From Eledone cirrhosa (lineage: Eukaryota), in NCBI GenBank assembly GCA_964016885.1, contig OZ024744.1, forward strand, positions 6,448,001 through 6,512,000: 64,000 bases of DNA. The letters are read 5' to 3'. A program made the translations under genes and the position numbers. How positions within the stretch are numbered: the stretch's first letter is position 1; every line of letters begins with the position of its first letter. Below, one piece after another: positions 27,533 to 41,571 of this stretch. The notes beneath the pieces were generated by a model, which saw only the letters and a list, made by a program, of their open reading frames with translations, ran no database searches and was not told where the DNA came from.

Positions 27533-27985
27533 CATACATTCACACAATCAAGCATATATACACACGTACATGCATACACATACATAAATGCACTCCTCTA
27601 CATATTCACACACGCAAATAAATATTAGAAAAAAAAATATATATATATTATAAAAATATATAAGGCAGCAAACTGGACAGACAAGCGTGGTAAGAAACAC
27701 ACACAAAAGCACATATACATACGCACGAGATAGTCAACGCATTCACACACTCTCACACATAAAAAAATTCCAAATACAAATAAATAACCGCATACATACG
27801 CATACATGCATAACCACGCACAAGTGTACAATCTATACACACACACATGTGTATACAACTATATGCACACACACACATATATGCATACATAAACACACAT
27901 ATATATACATAAATACAAACGTACACACACACATATATATACACGTACACATACACGCACAACAGAACACAAACACACACACACG

Positions 27986-28017
<32 letters not shown>

Positions 28018-28084
28018 CATACAATTATCAATATATACACACGCACATATGTACACACACACATATATACACACACACATATAT

Positions 28085-28157
<73 letters not shown>

Positions 28158-28326
28158 CATGCATATACACATATACACACATACACAACCACGCACACAC
28201 ACATGCATACGCATACACACACGTATATGCGTGTGTGTATGTAAAACTCAATCTTAGATAAATCATAAGGACCTTACATATACGTATATATAGTAGTAAA
28301 GTATTAAAGCAACATAAGGCAATTAT

Positions 28327-28386
28327 TCCATTTACCAAGGGTTTCTTAAAAGCAAAAAAAATGTTCCTACAATCTTCAGGATGAGA
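28327..28386 (-). ncRNA. Type-I hammerhead, partly degenerate (mirror of 32375-32435)
   Basis: CTGAAGA...GAAAC-ccttg-GTA-aatgga. Confidence 0.6.
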
Positions 28387-28517
28387 GAAACCTGGCTTAT
28401 CCACACATACACATATATATACACACACACAAATACATACATATATAAATACATACACACAGGCACACACACACCTACGTATAAACATATATACATACAC
28501 ACATACACACACATATC

Positions 28518-28595
<78 letters not shown>

Positions 28596-28817
28596 TACAC
28601 ACAAATATACACACACATACACATAGGTATGTGGAGGGCAAGGCAAAAAGAATATATGTGGGGGGGGGGGGGCGCATAGGAGAAGGTAAAATATAAGGGG
28701 AGGTAAGGGAGAAACAAATATAAAATAAATGTAAGTATACAAGAGTACAGAACGTAGAAACAGTAAAATAAAAATAAAAATAAAAACCGTAGCAGAAGTA
28801 AAGAGCGGGAGAGGAGT

Positions 28818-29827
28818 TCAAGGCGGTTGATTTCTCATAGGAGTGTCAATCCAGTTACAGATCAGGTGCGGTCTCAGATGAGGACAGCATCTGAAGATCT
28901 CAGTCTTTGAATTAAGGCAAGCGGAAGTGTCTCTCAAGTTTAGCAAAATCCTATACTTTTCTGTGGTACACAAAGAACAATTCTTTGTGCCCCTTTGGTA
29001 CTCCCTCGAATGGTCTAATATAGACCAATCAATAGAGTACGGGATGTTACTATCCTTGAGTTCCCACACCTTACTTGCGAGGGCCGTTGATGTTCGTTTA
29101 TCGGAGTGCTTAAAAGAAGCGACATGTGAGTAAAATCTGGTTTTAAACCTGTCCTGGGTCATACCGACATATCGCTCACTCCTGGCTGGCTGGTTGTTGA
29201 TTACTGGTGTTATCGTAGCCTCATAAACGACAGATTTAGTGTTACATCTACCCTGCAATGGGCGTTCGTCCGGCTTCCTGCAACTGCATCCTGGATTTAT
29301 TCTCGTCCGGTTTGAGCTGGTGATTTTGGACTTCATAGATGGGCAACAAGAGTAGCTGATCTTGACTACGTTCCTATTAAATATCTTATAGTATCTATGA
29401 TTAGGAGGAAAATGTTTGTCTAATAGTTCAAGGAATTTCCTTCCTACATTAGTTTTGACAGTTAGAGAGAAGGGGGATGTGAACCAAATAATCTTCCTTT
29501 TCCTGTTATTGTGGTTAGTTTTAGGGGGGGGGGAGTAGGTAAATAAGACATTTTTTTCTGTAAAACCGCTGTTCTTAAGGGCTTTATTATAATAAGGGGC
29601 GGCTTTATTAAAAATGTCTATAGACGAAGATAAGGTAGAAATCCTACGGCTAATGTTAGGAATAAGATTATTAAAAACTATAGGGGGATGGCAAGACTCT
29701 TTGTGTATATACCTAAGATTTTCGTTAGGTTTATGGTAGGGTTTAAAAGAGGCAGTAAGTAAATCAAGATTAATATCAAGAAAGTTAGCATTAGTAAGGT
29801 TCGTATCTATAGTAATTTTAAGGTTAA
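28818..29827 (-). pseudogene. Inverted copy of the Naiad RT thumb + GIY-YIG region
   Basis: 339-aa ORF nearly identical to the C-terminal half of 29850-31972, lacking the insert and the frameshift. Confidence 0.9.
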
Positions 29828-29849
29828 AATCGAACAAGTCGTTAAAAGA

Positions 29850-31972
29850 ATGAGATGGAAGGCAATGGTTTACGACGGACTATTCAGGGCTGATACTAAA
29901 GATCGTTTTGACATCAAATCTCGTAAATATCCACCTAGAATTAAAGACATGGCCAGCTTCGAATTAGACCTCGTTAATCTAATTAATGATATCAAGTTTC
30001 GTAAGTACAATAATAACTTTCAAACCAAACTTTCTAACGGTATTTCTAATTTTAGAAATTCTACAAACACTTTCGTTCTTTCTGATAAAACTAAAAACCT
30101 CTTTGAAGTTAATAGTACTTTGTATAACCAACTTTTAACTAATAGTATTACCAATAAATATCAATTAACTAATAATAATACCTACAATACTATCAATAAA
30201 GAAGCTAAAGAACTAGCTAGTTCTTTACAAATAGATAACCGGATTGAAAGTTTAGCTAAGCGTAAAGAATCTATTACCCTTAAAGACCATAAATTGGACT
30301 TTACTAATCGACCTAGTTGTAGATTGATTAACCCGGCTAAATCCGAGGTTGGCCTTGTAAGTAAGAATATCTTAAGAAAAATAATTCTCCAAATCAGAAC
30401 TAACACTGACCTATCACAGTGGCTAAATACTTCCTCTGTTATTTCTTGGTTCAATAATATACAAGGTAAAAATAAGTGTAGATTTACCCAGTTTGATATT
30501 GTCGATTTTTACCCTTCTATTACTGTTTCCTTATTAACTAAGGTCTTAGATTTTGCAAGACCCTCCATTAATATTTCTAAATTAGAAGAAGACATTATCT
30601 TCCATGCTAGAAAAACTTTACTTTTTACTAATGATAATATTTGGGTTAAAAAGTCAAACCCTGAAAACTCTTTTGATGTCGCAATGGGTTCATATGACAG
30701 TGCGGATGTGTGTGACGTAGTTGGATTGTTCCTTCTCCACACCCTCAAAGAGAAATTTCCGTCCCATAATATCGGTTTATACCGTGATGACGGATTAGCA
30801 GTTTCTCATACCACCAACGGCCATGACCTTGATAAATTCCGTAAAGATTTAATCAATACTTTTGCTAATCTTAACCTTAAAATTACTATAGATACGAACC
30901 TTACTAATGCTAACTTTCTTGATATTAATCTTGATTTACTTACTGCCTCTTTTAAACCCTACCATAAACCTAACGAAAATCTTAGGTATATACACAAAGA
31001 GTCTTGCCATCCCCCTATAGTTTTTAATAATCTTATTCCTAACATTAGCCGTAGGATTTCTACCTTATCTTCGTCTATAGACATTTTTAATAAAGAACAA
31101 TTCTTTGTGCCCCTTTGGTACTCCCTCGAATGGTCTAATATAGAACAATCAATAGAGTACGGGATGTTACTATCCTTGAGTTCCCACACCTTACCTTATT
31201 ATAATAAAGCCCTTAAGAACAGCGGTTTTACAGAAAAAAATTCTTATTTACCTACTCCCCACCCCCTAAAACTAACCACAATAACAGGAAAAGGAAGATT
31301 ATTTGGTTCACATCCCCCTTCTCTCTAACTGTCAAAACTAATGTAGGAAGGAAATTCCTTGAACTATTAGACAAACATTTTCCTCCTAATCATAGATACT
31401 ATAAGATATTTAATAGGAACGTAGTCAAGATCAGCTACTCTTGTTGCCCATCTATGAAGTCCAAAATCACCAGCTCAAACCGGACGAGAATAAATCCAGG
31501 ATGCAGTTGCAGGAAGCCGGACGAATGCCCATTGCAGGGTAGATGTAACACTAAATCTGTCGTTTATGAGGCTACGATAACACCAGTAATCAACAACCAG
31601 CCAGCCAGGAGTGAGCGATATGTCGGTATGACCCAGGACAGGTTTAAAACCAGATTTTACTCACATGTCGCTTCTTTTAAGCACTCCGATAAACGAACAT
31701 CAACGGCCCTCGCAAGTAAGGTGTGGGAACTCAAGGATAGTAACATCCCGTACTCTATTGATTGGTCTATATTAGACCATTCGAGGGAGTACCAAAGGGG
31801 CACAAAGAATTGTTCTTTGTGTACCACAGAAAAGTATAGGATTTTGCTAAACTTGAGAGACACTTCCGCTTGCCTTAATTCAAAGACTGAGATCTTCAGA
31901 TGCTGTCCTCATCTGAGACCGCACCTGATCTGTAACTGGATTGACACTCCTATGAGAAATCAACCGCCTTGA
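29850..31972 (+). pseudogene. Naiad-type PLE RT + GIY-YIG ORF (5'-truncated, frameshift near 31240)
   Basis: CRLINPAKSEVG, FDIVDFYPSI, AMGSYDSA and GLYRDDGLA (RT). CSCRKPDECPLQGRC linker. VVYEA...YVGMTQDRFKTRFYSH (GIY-YIG). CSLCTTE. Confidence 0.92.
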
Positions 31973-32191
31973 ACTCCTCTCCCGCTCTTTACTTCTGCTA
32001 CGGTTTTTATTTTTATTTTTATTTTACTGTTTCTACGTTCTGTACTCTTGTATACTTACATTTATTTTATATTTGTTTCTCCCTTACCTCCCCTTATATT
32101 TTACCTTCTCCTATGCACCCCCCCCCCACATATATTCTTTTTGCCTTGCCCTCCACATACCTATGTGTATGTGTGTGTATATTTGTGTGTA

Positions 32192-32243
<52 letters not shown>

Positions 32244-32374
32244 GATATGTGTGTGTATGTGTGTATGTATATATGTTTATACGTAGGTTTGTGTGTGCCT
32301 GTGTGTATGTATTTATATATGTATGTATTTGTGTGTGTGTATATATATGTGTATGTGTGGATAAGCCAGGTTTC

Positions 32375-32435
32375 TCTCATCCTGAAGATTGTAGGAACAT
32401 TTTTTTTTGCTTTTAAGAAACCCTTGGTAAATGGA
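32375..32435 (+). ncRNA. Type-I hammerhead, partly degenerate, first in the Naiad 3' UTR
   Basis: tctcatc-CTGAAGA-ttgtagg...cttttaa-GAAAC-ccttg-GTA-aatgga. Confidence 0.6.
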
Positions 32436-32610
32436 ATAATTGCCTTATGTTGCTTTAATACTTTACTACTATATATACGTATATGTAAGGTCCTTATGAT
32501 TTATCTAAGATTGAGTTTTACATACACACACGCATATACGTGTGTGTATGCGTATGCATGTGTGCGTGCGTGGTTGTGTATGTGTGTATATGTGTATATG
32601 CATGTATATG

Positions 32611-32671
<61 letters not shown>

Positions 32672-33272
32672 ATATATGTGTGTGTGTACATATGTGCGTG
32701 TGTATATATTGATAATTGTATGTGTGTGTGTGTCTGTGTGTATATGTGTGTGCGTGTGTGTTTGTGTTCTGTTGTGCGTGTTTATGATATATACGTATTT
32801 GTATGTGTATAATTGTTTAGCTATGTATGTATATGTGTGGATATATATGTTTGTGTATGTGTACGTGTATATATATGTGTGTGTGTACGTTTGTATTTAT
32901 GTATATATATGTGTGTTTATGTATGCATATATGTGTGTGTGTGCATATAGTTGTATACACATGTGTCTGTGTATAGATTGTACACTTGTGCGTGGTTATG
33001 CATGTATGCGTATGTATGCGGTTATGTATTTGTATTTGGAATTGTTTTATGTGTGAGAGTGTGTGAATGCGTTGACTATTTCGTGCGTATGTATATGTGC
33101 TTTTGTGTGTGTTTCTTACCACGCTTGTCTGTCCAGTTTGCTGCCTTATATATTTTTATAATATATATATATTTTTTTTTCTAATATTTATTTGCGTGTG
33201 TGAATATGTAGAGGAGTGCATTTATGTATGTGTATGCATGTACGTGTGTATATATGCTTGTTTGTGTGAATG

Positions 33273-33316
<44 letters not shown>

Positions 33317-33894
33317 GGTATGGCTATGTGTACGTATGTGTATGCGTGTACACACGCGCATACATGTATATATATATGTGTATATATATGCGTGTGTATA
33401 TGTGTGTGTGCATGTGTATGTGTGTGTATATATGCATGTGTGTGTGTGTATGTGTGTGTGTGTATATATATATATGTATGCGTGTGTGTGTGTAGATATG
33501 TGTGGGGGGGTGTATGTATGAATGTTTGTATATGTTTGTTCTTAGAGGAACAGAGGCAGACAGATTTCTGTATTCAGATTGGAGCCAATCCTTATCATTA
33601 GCTTTCTCTTTAGCTTACAGGTGTCTGTAAGATTAGTATGGGGTCAGTCATGGTAGATAGTTTTGGAGGAGGGGTGATTCCTTAAAAGCTAAATTCTTAA
33701 AGGTTCTAGTAAATTGACGAAGGTTTAGGGAATTCTGTAGACAATTTCTAAGTATAATCTATACAACTGTAGCCATACATTCACGAGACACTTTCAACAG
33801 AACATACCCTGCGCGTATGCGCGCATGCACGCACACACATGTGTATGGGGGAAATATATTTATATTTGTATACGCGTGCGTGCGCGCATACGCA

Positions 33895-33951
<57 letters not shown>

Positions 33952-34250
33952 GTTTGTATACATACACAGATTCTCATCTGTATAATAACCTTCATGCTCT
34001 GCGGTGTACTGAGTGCCTTGCTTACTGTGGCTGCCTCCGATTCAACCCGGAATAACGTGTGTGTGTATGCGCGTGTGTGTATGTACATGTTTGTGTGTGT
34101 GTGTGTGTGTGTTTTCGTGTATGTGTGGTTGTATGTGTAGTCTTATTTTATTTTTATTTTTCCTTTCCTTCTTCCTTCTCCAGCCTCACTTTCATATAGC
34201 TTGCCTTTTTTGTTTTTAAGATACAAATTCAATAAACAAACCAGGATTTT

Positions 34251-34308
34251 TTCATTCTGAGGATTGAAAGCAAAACCTTTTGCTTTTAAGAAACCACTGG
34301 TAAATGGA
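34251..34308 (+). ncRNA. Type-I hammerhead ribozyme at the Naiad 3' end
   Basis: 6-bp stem I, 12-bp stem II, canonical CTGAGGA/GAAA/GTA. Confidence 0.87.
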
Positions 34309-34339
34309 ATAATTGCCTTATGTTGTTTATTACATAATA

Positions 34340-34370
<31 letters not shown>

Positions 34371-34374
34371 ATAT

Positions 34375-34405
<31 letters not shown>

Positions 34406-34417
34406 ATGTGTCTGTGT

Positions 34418-34482
<65 letters not shown>

Positions 34483-34592
34483 CGTGTAGGTGCGTGTGCG
34501 TGTAGGTCCGTGTGTGTCTATGACCAGTGTATATAGTAGATCACAAACACCCACATTTATATATTCACACAAACATATATATATATATATAT

Positions 34593-34720
34593 AAAGATTT
34601 ACTAATGGTAGGCTTACACACGGGCAACGCCGGGTATGGCTGCTAGTACATATATATATATATGTACTAGCAGCCATACCCGGCGTTGCCCGTGTGTAAG
34701 CCTACCATTAGTAAATCTTT
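34593..34720. repeat. 128-nt palindrome of the Helitron 2 3' terminus centred on (TA)n
   Basis: 34593-34650 is the reverse complement of 34663-34720. Confidence 0.9.
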
Positions 34721-37700
34721 TTTTAAAGAGAAAACAACGTAGCACGAAGCCCCCAAAACATTTATTTTTAATCATAAGAAGTATGTGTTGTTCGATTAAA
34801 AACGGTAAAATGTTATGGCATATGAAAGGTGAATGAGTGTAAAAGTGTGACGTTGACGCGGTGAAGCTCCAAACGCGAACTATGCCACAAGGAAGTCAGC
34901 AGCCCAAAAGTGAGTCACATGGAATTTATGACAATAATGTAGGATGTTTGGCAATTCAGGGACTGAAGTCGTTGCGGGATGACGGAGATAATGTATGACG
35001 ACTTTGAGTGAAAGGTACAAATGAGGGGGGTGCCATACGTTTGCTACAGTAGAAACATGTAAATTGTTCGTTATGCATTGCGTATATGTAGGCATTCTAA
35101 TGATTTATTTAGTTTGAAATGCTTACCATTCTGTATAGCTGTGGCAGCCAATAGAAACTGTGACGTTGCTTTCCTTAGACTGATTGCAGTGACATAGACC
35201 AAACATGAAGGACGCTCAAAATTCCCCAACACAAATTCTGCACCAACCTCGATTGCAAAAGTAACAGAGAATAACGAATAGCGATTATTACGCCAAAAGA
35301 AAAATGCTGAAGCAACTTCTATTGCACGAGATGCAGGAAACGAAACACAACGTTCGATGCGACAACAAATAAATGATGAGGCAACTGCTGCTGCTTGAGG
35401 TGTAGAAAACGATTCTCAACCCTCACTACGACAGAAAACAAATATTGAGGCAACGTCTATTGCAGGAGATGCAGAGAACCACAGCGTTCATTACGGCGGC
35501 ATAGAAATGCTGCGGCAACCTCCGCAGCTCGTGCTGCATCAACCGAAACACAGCGTCAACTGCGGCAGCAAAGAAGTGTGAGTCAACGTCTTCTCTTTGA
35601 ACTGTATCAACCGAAACACAGCGTCAACTGCAGCAGCAAAGACATGTGAATCAACGTCTGCTGCATGCGCTGGCGAATCCATGGAAAACTGGCTCAACCA
35701 ACCAGGGGGGAACGTGCATTTCAATACATTGTAGCTCAAAGTGGTCACAAGGTTTACAGTCGAAAAGTATGGTGCTATGAATTTCAAAAAGGCAGTATGT
35801 CTACAATTTGGTAATTATTGAAAGCAGCGAGGTATTTGATTGTTAGAAGACGGTTTGTGTCGCAGTGTTGATTACAGAACTTCTTGGTACACAATGTTTG
35901 TGGGTTTACCGTTTGGAGCAAATGCATAAAGGTTTCTTTTGCTTCCCACTCTGGAACATCCAACGTATAGCTGACCGTGTGAAAAGCATGGCTCTTCTAG
36001 GTTTATTCCCGCGACGGACAATGTTTGCCCCTGAGACTTATTTATCGTCATAGCGAAACTACAACGAACTGGAAACTGGAGCCTCCTAAATGCAGAGGGG
36101 ATCTCTGATGTTGACGGACAAAGGGGAATCCTTGGGATTAAAACATTTTCCCACTTTCCACACCCCGAGAGACTCGTCGCCTCGATCAAGTTTTGCGTTA
36201 GTTTATTTACTGTAAGGCAGAGATATGGTTGGTGTAGATTCCTCAAAAGCATAATTGGGCATCCTTGCTTAAGTTCCAATCGATGAGATGGCAACACGGT
36301 GGGGTTCAATGAGTTAACAAACTCAATTGGGTAGTTAATGGGGTCTTTGACTGTATCGATGGACTTGTATGTACACGAAGCTGTAGGAAGAGACTTAAGC
36401 CGTTGATTTTGTTGACAGCCTCATTTTTCAGAGCCAGTATTGCCCTTTCGCACAGCCAGTTTGGAATTTGGTAGTTAGTGCTCATCTCAGGGAATACTGC
36501 ATCTGTCAAGTCGTCAGCACTGTCGACTAAAGTGCAGACCGGTTTGGGGGAGGTTTTTTCCTCTTCATCAAGTGGCACTTTGCCGTTCCCTACTGTCAAT
36601 AGGTTGATAGCAAACTCTGATGACACTTGGTCACCAAGCATCCGAGCTCTCATGTTCGTAGAGAGCGTTAATGTTGTGACATATCGCCAAAGCGGAGATG
36701 AATTTAAGCATGCTCGAATAGCATCAGCCCTTGTTCCTTTGGGAATAACAGGGAGGGTTTGTCTAAATTCTCCGGATAAAAGGACAGTCACGCTTAAAGT
36801 CCGTCCAGTGCCTCCAAAGCTCGTTTATGAGCCATGGTACATTCGTCCCAAACTATAACTTCACACCTTTTAAGCAGTTCTGCCTTTTCTGATCCTTTGG
36901 TAATATTACCGCAGGGTGTGTCATTTGCTGTCATATTAAGGGGGCGTTTGAAGGCTGAATATTCTGTCCTGCCCCCAGGAAGCAAGGTTGTTGCAATACA
37001 GGAAGACACAACAGCAAGTGCTACGTGTCTGTGTTGTCGAACCTTGGCAAGAAGAAGCCGTATGACAAAAGTCTTCCCTGTGCCTCCAGGGGTGCCCAAG
37101 AAAAAGATTCCTGCCGTACGACGGTGGACACAGTCAGCAATAGTGTTATATGCTCGTTCCTGTTCCTTCAGCAGCATTGGTTCATGTTCAGTGACATATG
37201 TAGCCAAGCTGTCAGTGTCGTAGGATAGTTCCCGAAGTATTTCTGCGGAAATGATGTCGGAGCCTGTTCTGTTGGTTTGGGGCAGGTCATATGTCTGCAG
37301 TGCATTCCCACCCATTGCAGCTATCATATTTTCAATTTCAATAAGTGCTTTGTTGTAGATTTCATCTGTGAAGCCTACTTCCATGTCAGGAAGTTGTAAT
37401 TGTGCTTGATGTCTGAAGTCCTCAGAGAAGTCATCTCTGTACTTGATCCACAAGAAGGAAGGATCGGGCAATTCAAAAATCTACAGTAAGACAGCAAAAA
37501 GCTTCCTAAGGCTGTGTGGAATTTGTGAAACAACTGCTTCTGCCAAAGTGGCATCCCACTGAGCACCATCTTCCAGTAGTCCACGCCTGAGGCAGGCCTC
37601 TCTGTACGTGTCGTCGCAAATTTGGCCATCAACAGTTCTTAGGTGTTCAAAACTGGTTGGTCCTCTTACGTCATGGAGAAGCATACGCAGGTAGTAACAT

Positions 37701-40700
37701 TCTTGGTAGATGAAGGGCTCTGTGTAAACTCGCGCCAGGTAGCTGTCAAAGTTAAAATCTGGATGGCCATCAACGCTTTCACCTTTGATTCTTGGCTTCC
37801 ATGAATACTTTTCCCATTTGTAGAAAGAGGGGACTTGGGGATACAGCAAAGTAAGAGCGAATGCGTCGCCTTGACATAGTTGAAAGAATGCAGTAAGAGC
37901 TGGTTGCAGAGCCCTCAGAAAAGCTGTTTGTTTTATATAGTACACTCTTTGACCGTTTTCAAGGTGCACAGCAAGGTGTTGGACGGCAGGGTATCTTCTG
38001 TGCATTGAGAAACGGTAAATTCGCCAAATTGCCTCGCTGGTACTTATATCGTGCTGATTGGTACTGTGCAACTTCATCCCGTTTGTTTCCTTCTTTAAGC
38101 CCGAACATGGCGGCATCCGGGCCCTTATTTATATACTTGCAGACATATTTGATTGATTTAATAGAGTAGAGTTGCACTATACAACATTTATGTGAGAGTT
38201 GAACGCCTTGAGTAGTAATGGGCAGTACGGTACAATCTATCGGTTGTCAATTTCATGTTTTCCAACCAGTGCTGTTAATCCTCCGTCCTCACGGCTTATT
38301 CGTCTGTATGATGGCTATCCGTCATCAGCAGTTTGAGTTTCGCGAAGGAAGGCTTTTTGGTATTCTTTGGAGCAAATACCGTTGTTCAAACACAGAGAGT
38401 TAGATTTGAACCCACGTCCACAAGGACCGTGAACCATGTGCGCCGTAACCCTGTCAAATAGGGTTTTGTCAGTTTGCGGGTTTGGAAGCTCTGCGGATAT
38501 AATCTTGTCGATGTCGTCTGCTCCGATTTTTGTCGACAACCAAATAAGAATGTAAGCATGGAGGATCCCCGCTTCTGCCATTCAATTGAGTACATGTAAC
38601 ATTGCACACGTCCAAATACCTGGCCCTTTGTGATAAGGTCCATTAGTTTGTATACTTTTAGCTCGAAGACTCTGGATGAGAGGTCATGGCGACCGCTGGG
38701 CTGTTGTCCTGGAAGGAGTTCATGGGCAATTTCTTGCCACGAAGGATTGTATGTAAAAGTAATAAATAGGTCTGGTTTTCCGTACTCGCGCACATACGTC
38801 ATTGCGTCCTGGGTTCTTTAATGCACACAACAGGGACTTCCTTCGAAGATTGAAGGTAAAATGCAAACTTTTCTAATGTTATCCGGGATTTCATTATTGT
38901 ACATTCCATCAAGTAGGTGAATGTAATCGTCGCAGTGTAGTTTTGTCTGGTTTAATCTTATGAGGCACAGTCGTTCAGTCTCCATTTTCGCGGCCATGTC
39001 TACAGCAAATTGGTTGAATAGTTGTTGTGAACGATGAAGGTGGTTAAAGCAGTTGTCGCAGACCATGAAGTGGTAGGCATAGAATTGCATGCAAGGACAC
39101 TGTCTTATTGGTAGGTTGGTCAGGTGCCAGTGGGTTGAACTGCGGAATTGTGGTGTGGTATCCGTTTTCACCACGTGGAAAGAGAAATGGATACATCAGT
39201 TCATCGTAGGATCTGTGTATCTCACTGATCCGTTGAAGGGTGTTGTCACGACGTTTAAGAACAACATCTCTTCTGTTGTGTTGATCACCATGGAGGACTA
39301 TAGCAACTTCATTGTATGCGGGTGGATTGTAGCGACCGGCATGCTCTCAGGGTAGTCTTTCTTCAGCATTGAGAACCTAGTTGAAGTTATTTAAAGGTGC
39401 ATTTTCCAGGGCGTATTTGAAGCTTAGCACGTAACTGTTGTTCGTATGTAGCATTTCTTGAAGTTCAATTAGCAGCTCTGGGTTGGTTTTGGGTGAAACG
39501 GCTTTCCGCCTCTCTGCCTGTTCTCGGTAGTCAGCAATAAAGTAAATCTGAAGGAAGTTATGCTCTGCATTTGCCACAGGTAAGAGTGATACGATCCTGT
39601 GGTAAACCTGCCCCTGCACTTTGAAAGTAAGCATAAATCCACCTTCATTGACAATGTTTGATCTGATGGAGGTCATTTGGAAGGCGCAGTTGTACTGACG
39701 AATTTCACGAAGAAATTTTCTTGACTCCGACGTCGCGCCTGTCAGTAGGAACTTCAACGGCTGAGAGGGATCCTGAAGAAGGGGCAGTTTGACTTTACCA
39801 TTGGCGCAGCACATTCCTTTAGCTTCCCCTGGCCATTTTTTAGCATTGCAATACGGGAAAATTGTAGACATAGTGCCAATTTGGATATCTGGATGCGTCT
39901 CATAACGTCATAGTTAAATGCCTTAAGCGACCACCGTGTTCTGCAAAGCTTTGAAAGACCCTGTGCAGAAGCTCTGCGACGTGCGTTCTCGCCCAGCTGT
40001 TGTTGTCGGTGTTCAACGGTTTCTCTAGCGCGTGTAGCGGAAGTTGATGCAGCATCTCTTTGTTGTCGCAGCAAACGTTGTGTTTCAGTTTCCGTAGCTC
40101 GTGTAATAGCAGTGGCCTCTGCATTTCTTTTCTGTCGAGGTGAGCGTTGAGCATCGTTTTCTGCATTTCGAGCAGCAGAAGTTGATGCAGCATTTCGTTG
40201 CTGTCGCAGCGAACGTTGTGTTTCGTTTTCTGCAGCTCGTGCAATAGCAGTTGCTTCAGCATTTTTCTTTTGGTGGAATAATCGCTTTCCCTTATTCTCT
40301 GAAGCTCTTGCAATCGAAGTTGAGGGAGCATTTCTGTCAAGTTGTTTTGAACGTTCTTCATCTTCAGTCGCAGCTCATGCGAGAGCTCTAAGGGAAGCTT
40401 CGGGAGTTCTTCTGGATTGAGTCATTTGTGGCGTTTCTTCCAACCGTCTTCTTTTGATTTTTAAAGCTGAAGCTGAAGATCTACCAAGTAGGCGTCTTTT
40501 TCGCCGTGGCATTGTATAATATGCGGAAGTAAACTTTTGCTGCAATAGAATTTAAATATGGTGAGAAGAAGTGACTTTGCCTATCGCAGAAGAAGTAGTC
40601 GTTGGAGGAAGGATTATTTATTCTAGTTCGTAAGAAAATAAGTAGTATGCCGATTATACTACTGGTAGGGGATGTAGAGCATTTTGTAACTAAATAACGA

Positions 40701-41415
40701 CTACAGCAGGCATTAATTCAGTGTATTTATGGAGGTAATAACAATAATTAACTGCTGTTAAATTTTGCTGTTGAGTGTTACAGTTAAGTTGTAGGTTATA
40801 ATAAATTATCATCTACAACTACTGTCACCGAAAAAAATTGCGTAAGTGAAACACCACACGCACGTACACACACACACACACACACACACACTCACGCACG
40901 CAAACGCTCAGACGCACGCAAACTCACGCACGCACGTGTGCACGTACACACATGTTAATAGATTTAACTCTTATTGGAACGCTGCACGAACTCACACACA
41001 CACGTGCGCACGCACACACACGCACACATGTTAATTAGTTATAGCTTTCCTTCCCCTCTTCCACTGTCATGTATCAAACATAGCGTCTGTCGCTCTCTCA
41101 CTCTCTCTCTTTCACTCTCTCTCTCTCCGGCTATCCCCCTCTTTTTAGTCTGTTTCTTTCACTGTCACTCTTTCTTTTTCATTTTTATAGATATAGAGAT
41201 TTTTTCTGTGTAAAGTCGTACCTATAGTCAGTTTTATAGATTTGTTACCTAGACAACGGAGGAGGCGATTATTCGAAATGTCGTGCGACCTGCCCAGATA
41301 GATTAGTGGTTGATTACAAAAAGACTTTTGAAAATCGGCCTTGCGGATCAAAAGTTGCTGTGGAACAGACACACACACACACACAGACAGACATTTTCAT
41401 TTTTATAGATATAGA
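34667..41415 (-). mobile_element. Helitron 2, full length
   Basis: 3' cgggcaacgccggg hairpin plus CTAG (34667-34670). 5' TCTATATCTATAAAA at 41415, with a second inner 5' end at 41197. Confidence 0.9.
35872..40512 (-). pseudogene. Helitron Rep/PIF1 helicase, degenerate
   Basis: MPRRKRR start; 60-bp N-terminal repeats; [63 protein letters not shown]. Confidence 0.95.
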
Positions 41416-41571
41416 TATATACACACACACATATATATGGGCCTTCCTGTTTCATTTCACATTATATACATGTCTGTATATTTTAATTATTTAAACATTA
41501 TTTCTAAGTGAACATGATTTGAAGGTAATATTTCTCTCTCTCCCTCTCCTTCTCTCTCTATATATAACAAA

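Larger units (their letters stand above)
26305..34341. mobile_element. Naiad-type PLE (plus strand 29828-34341) with a 3.5-kb upstream inverted copy (26305-29827 mirrors 30871-34341)
   Basis: The arms are near-identical reverse complements apart from microsatellite lengths and an insert; typical PLE inverted-arm arrangement. Confidence 0.92.

Noticed and set aside
29850-31972. Possible selenoprotein Naiad (UGA at Cys positions plus SECIS), known for some Naiads
   Set aside because: The conserved Cys positions I read in the three Naiad remnants are TGT/TGC, and no in-frame TGA was seen.
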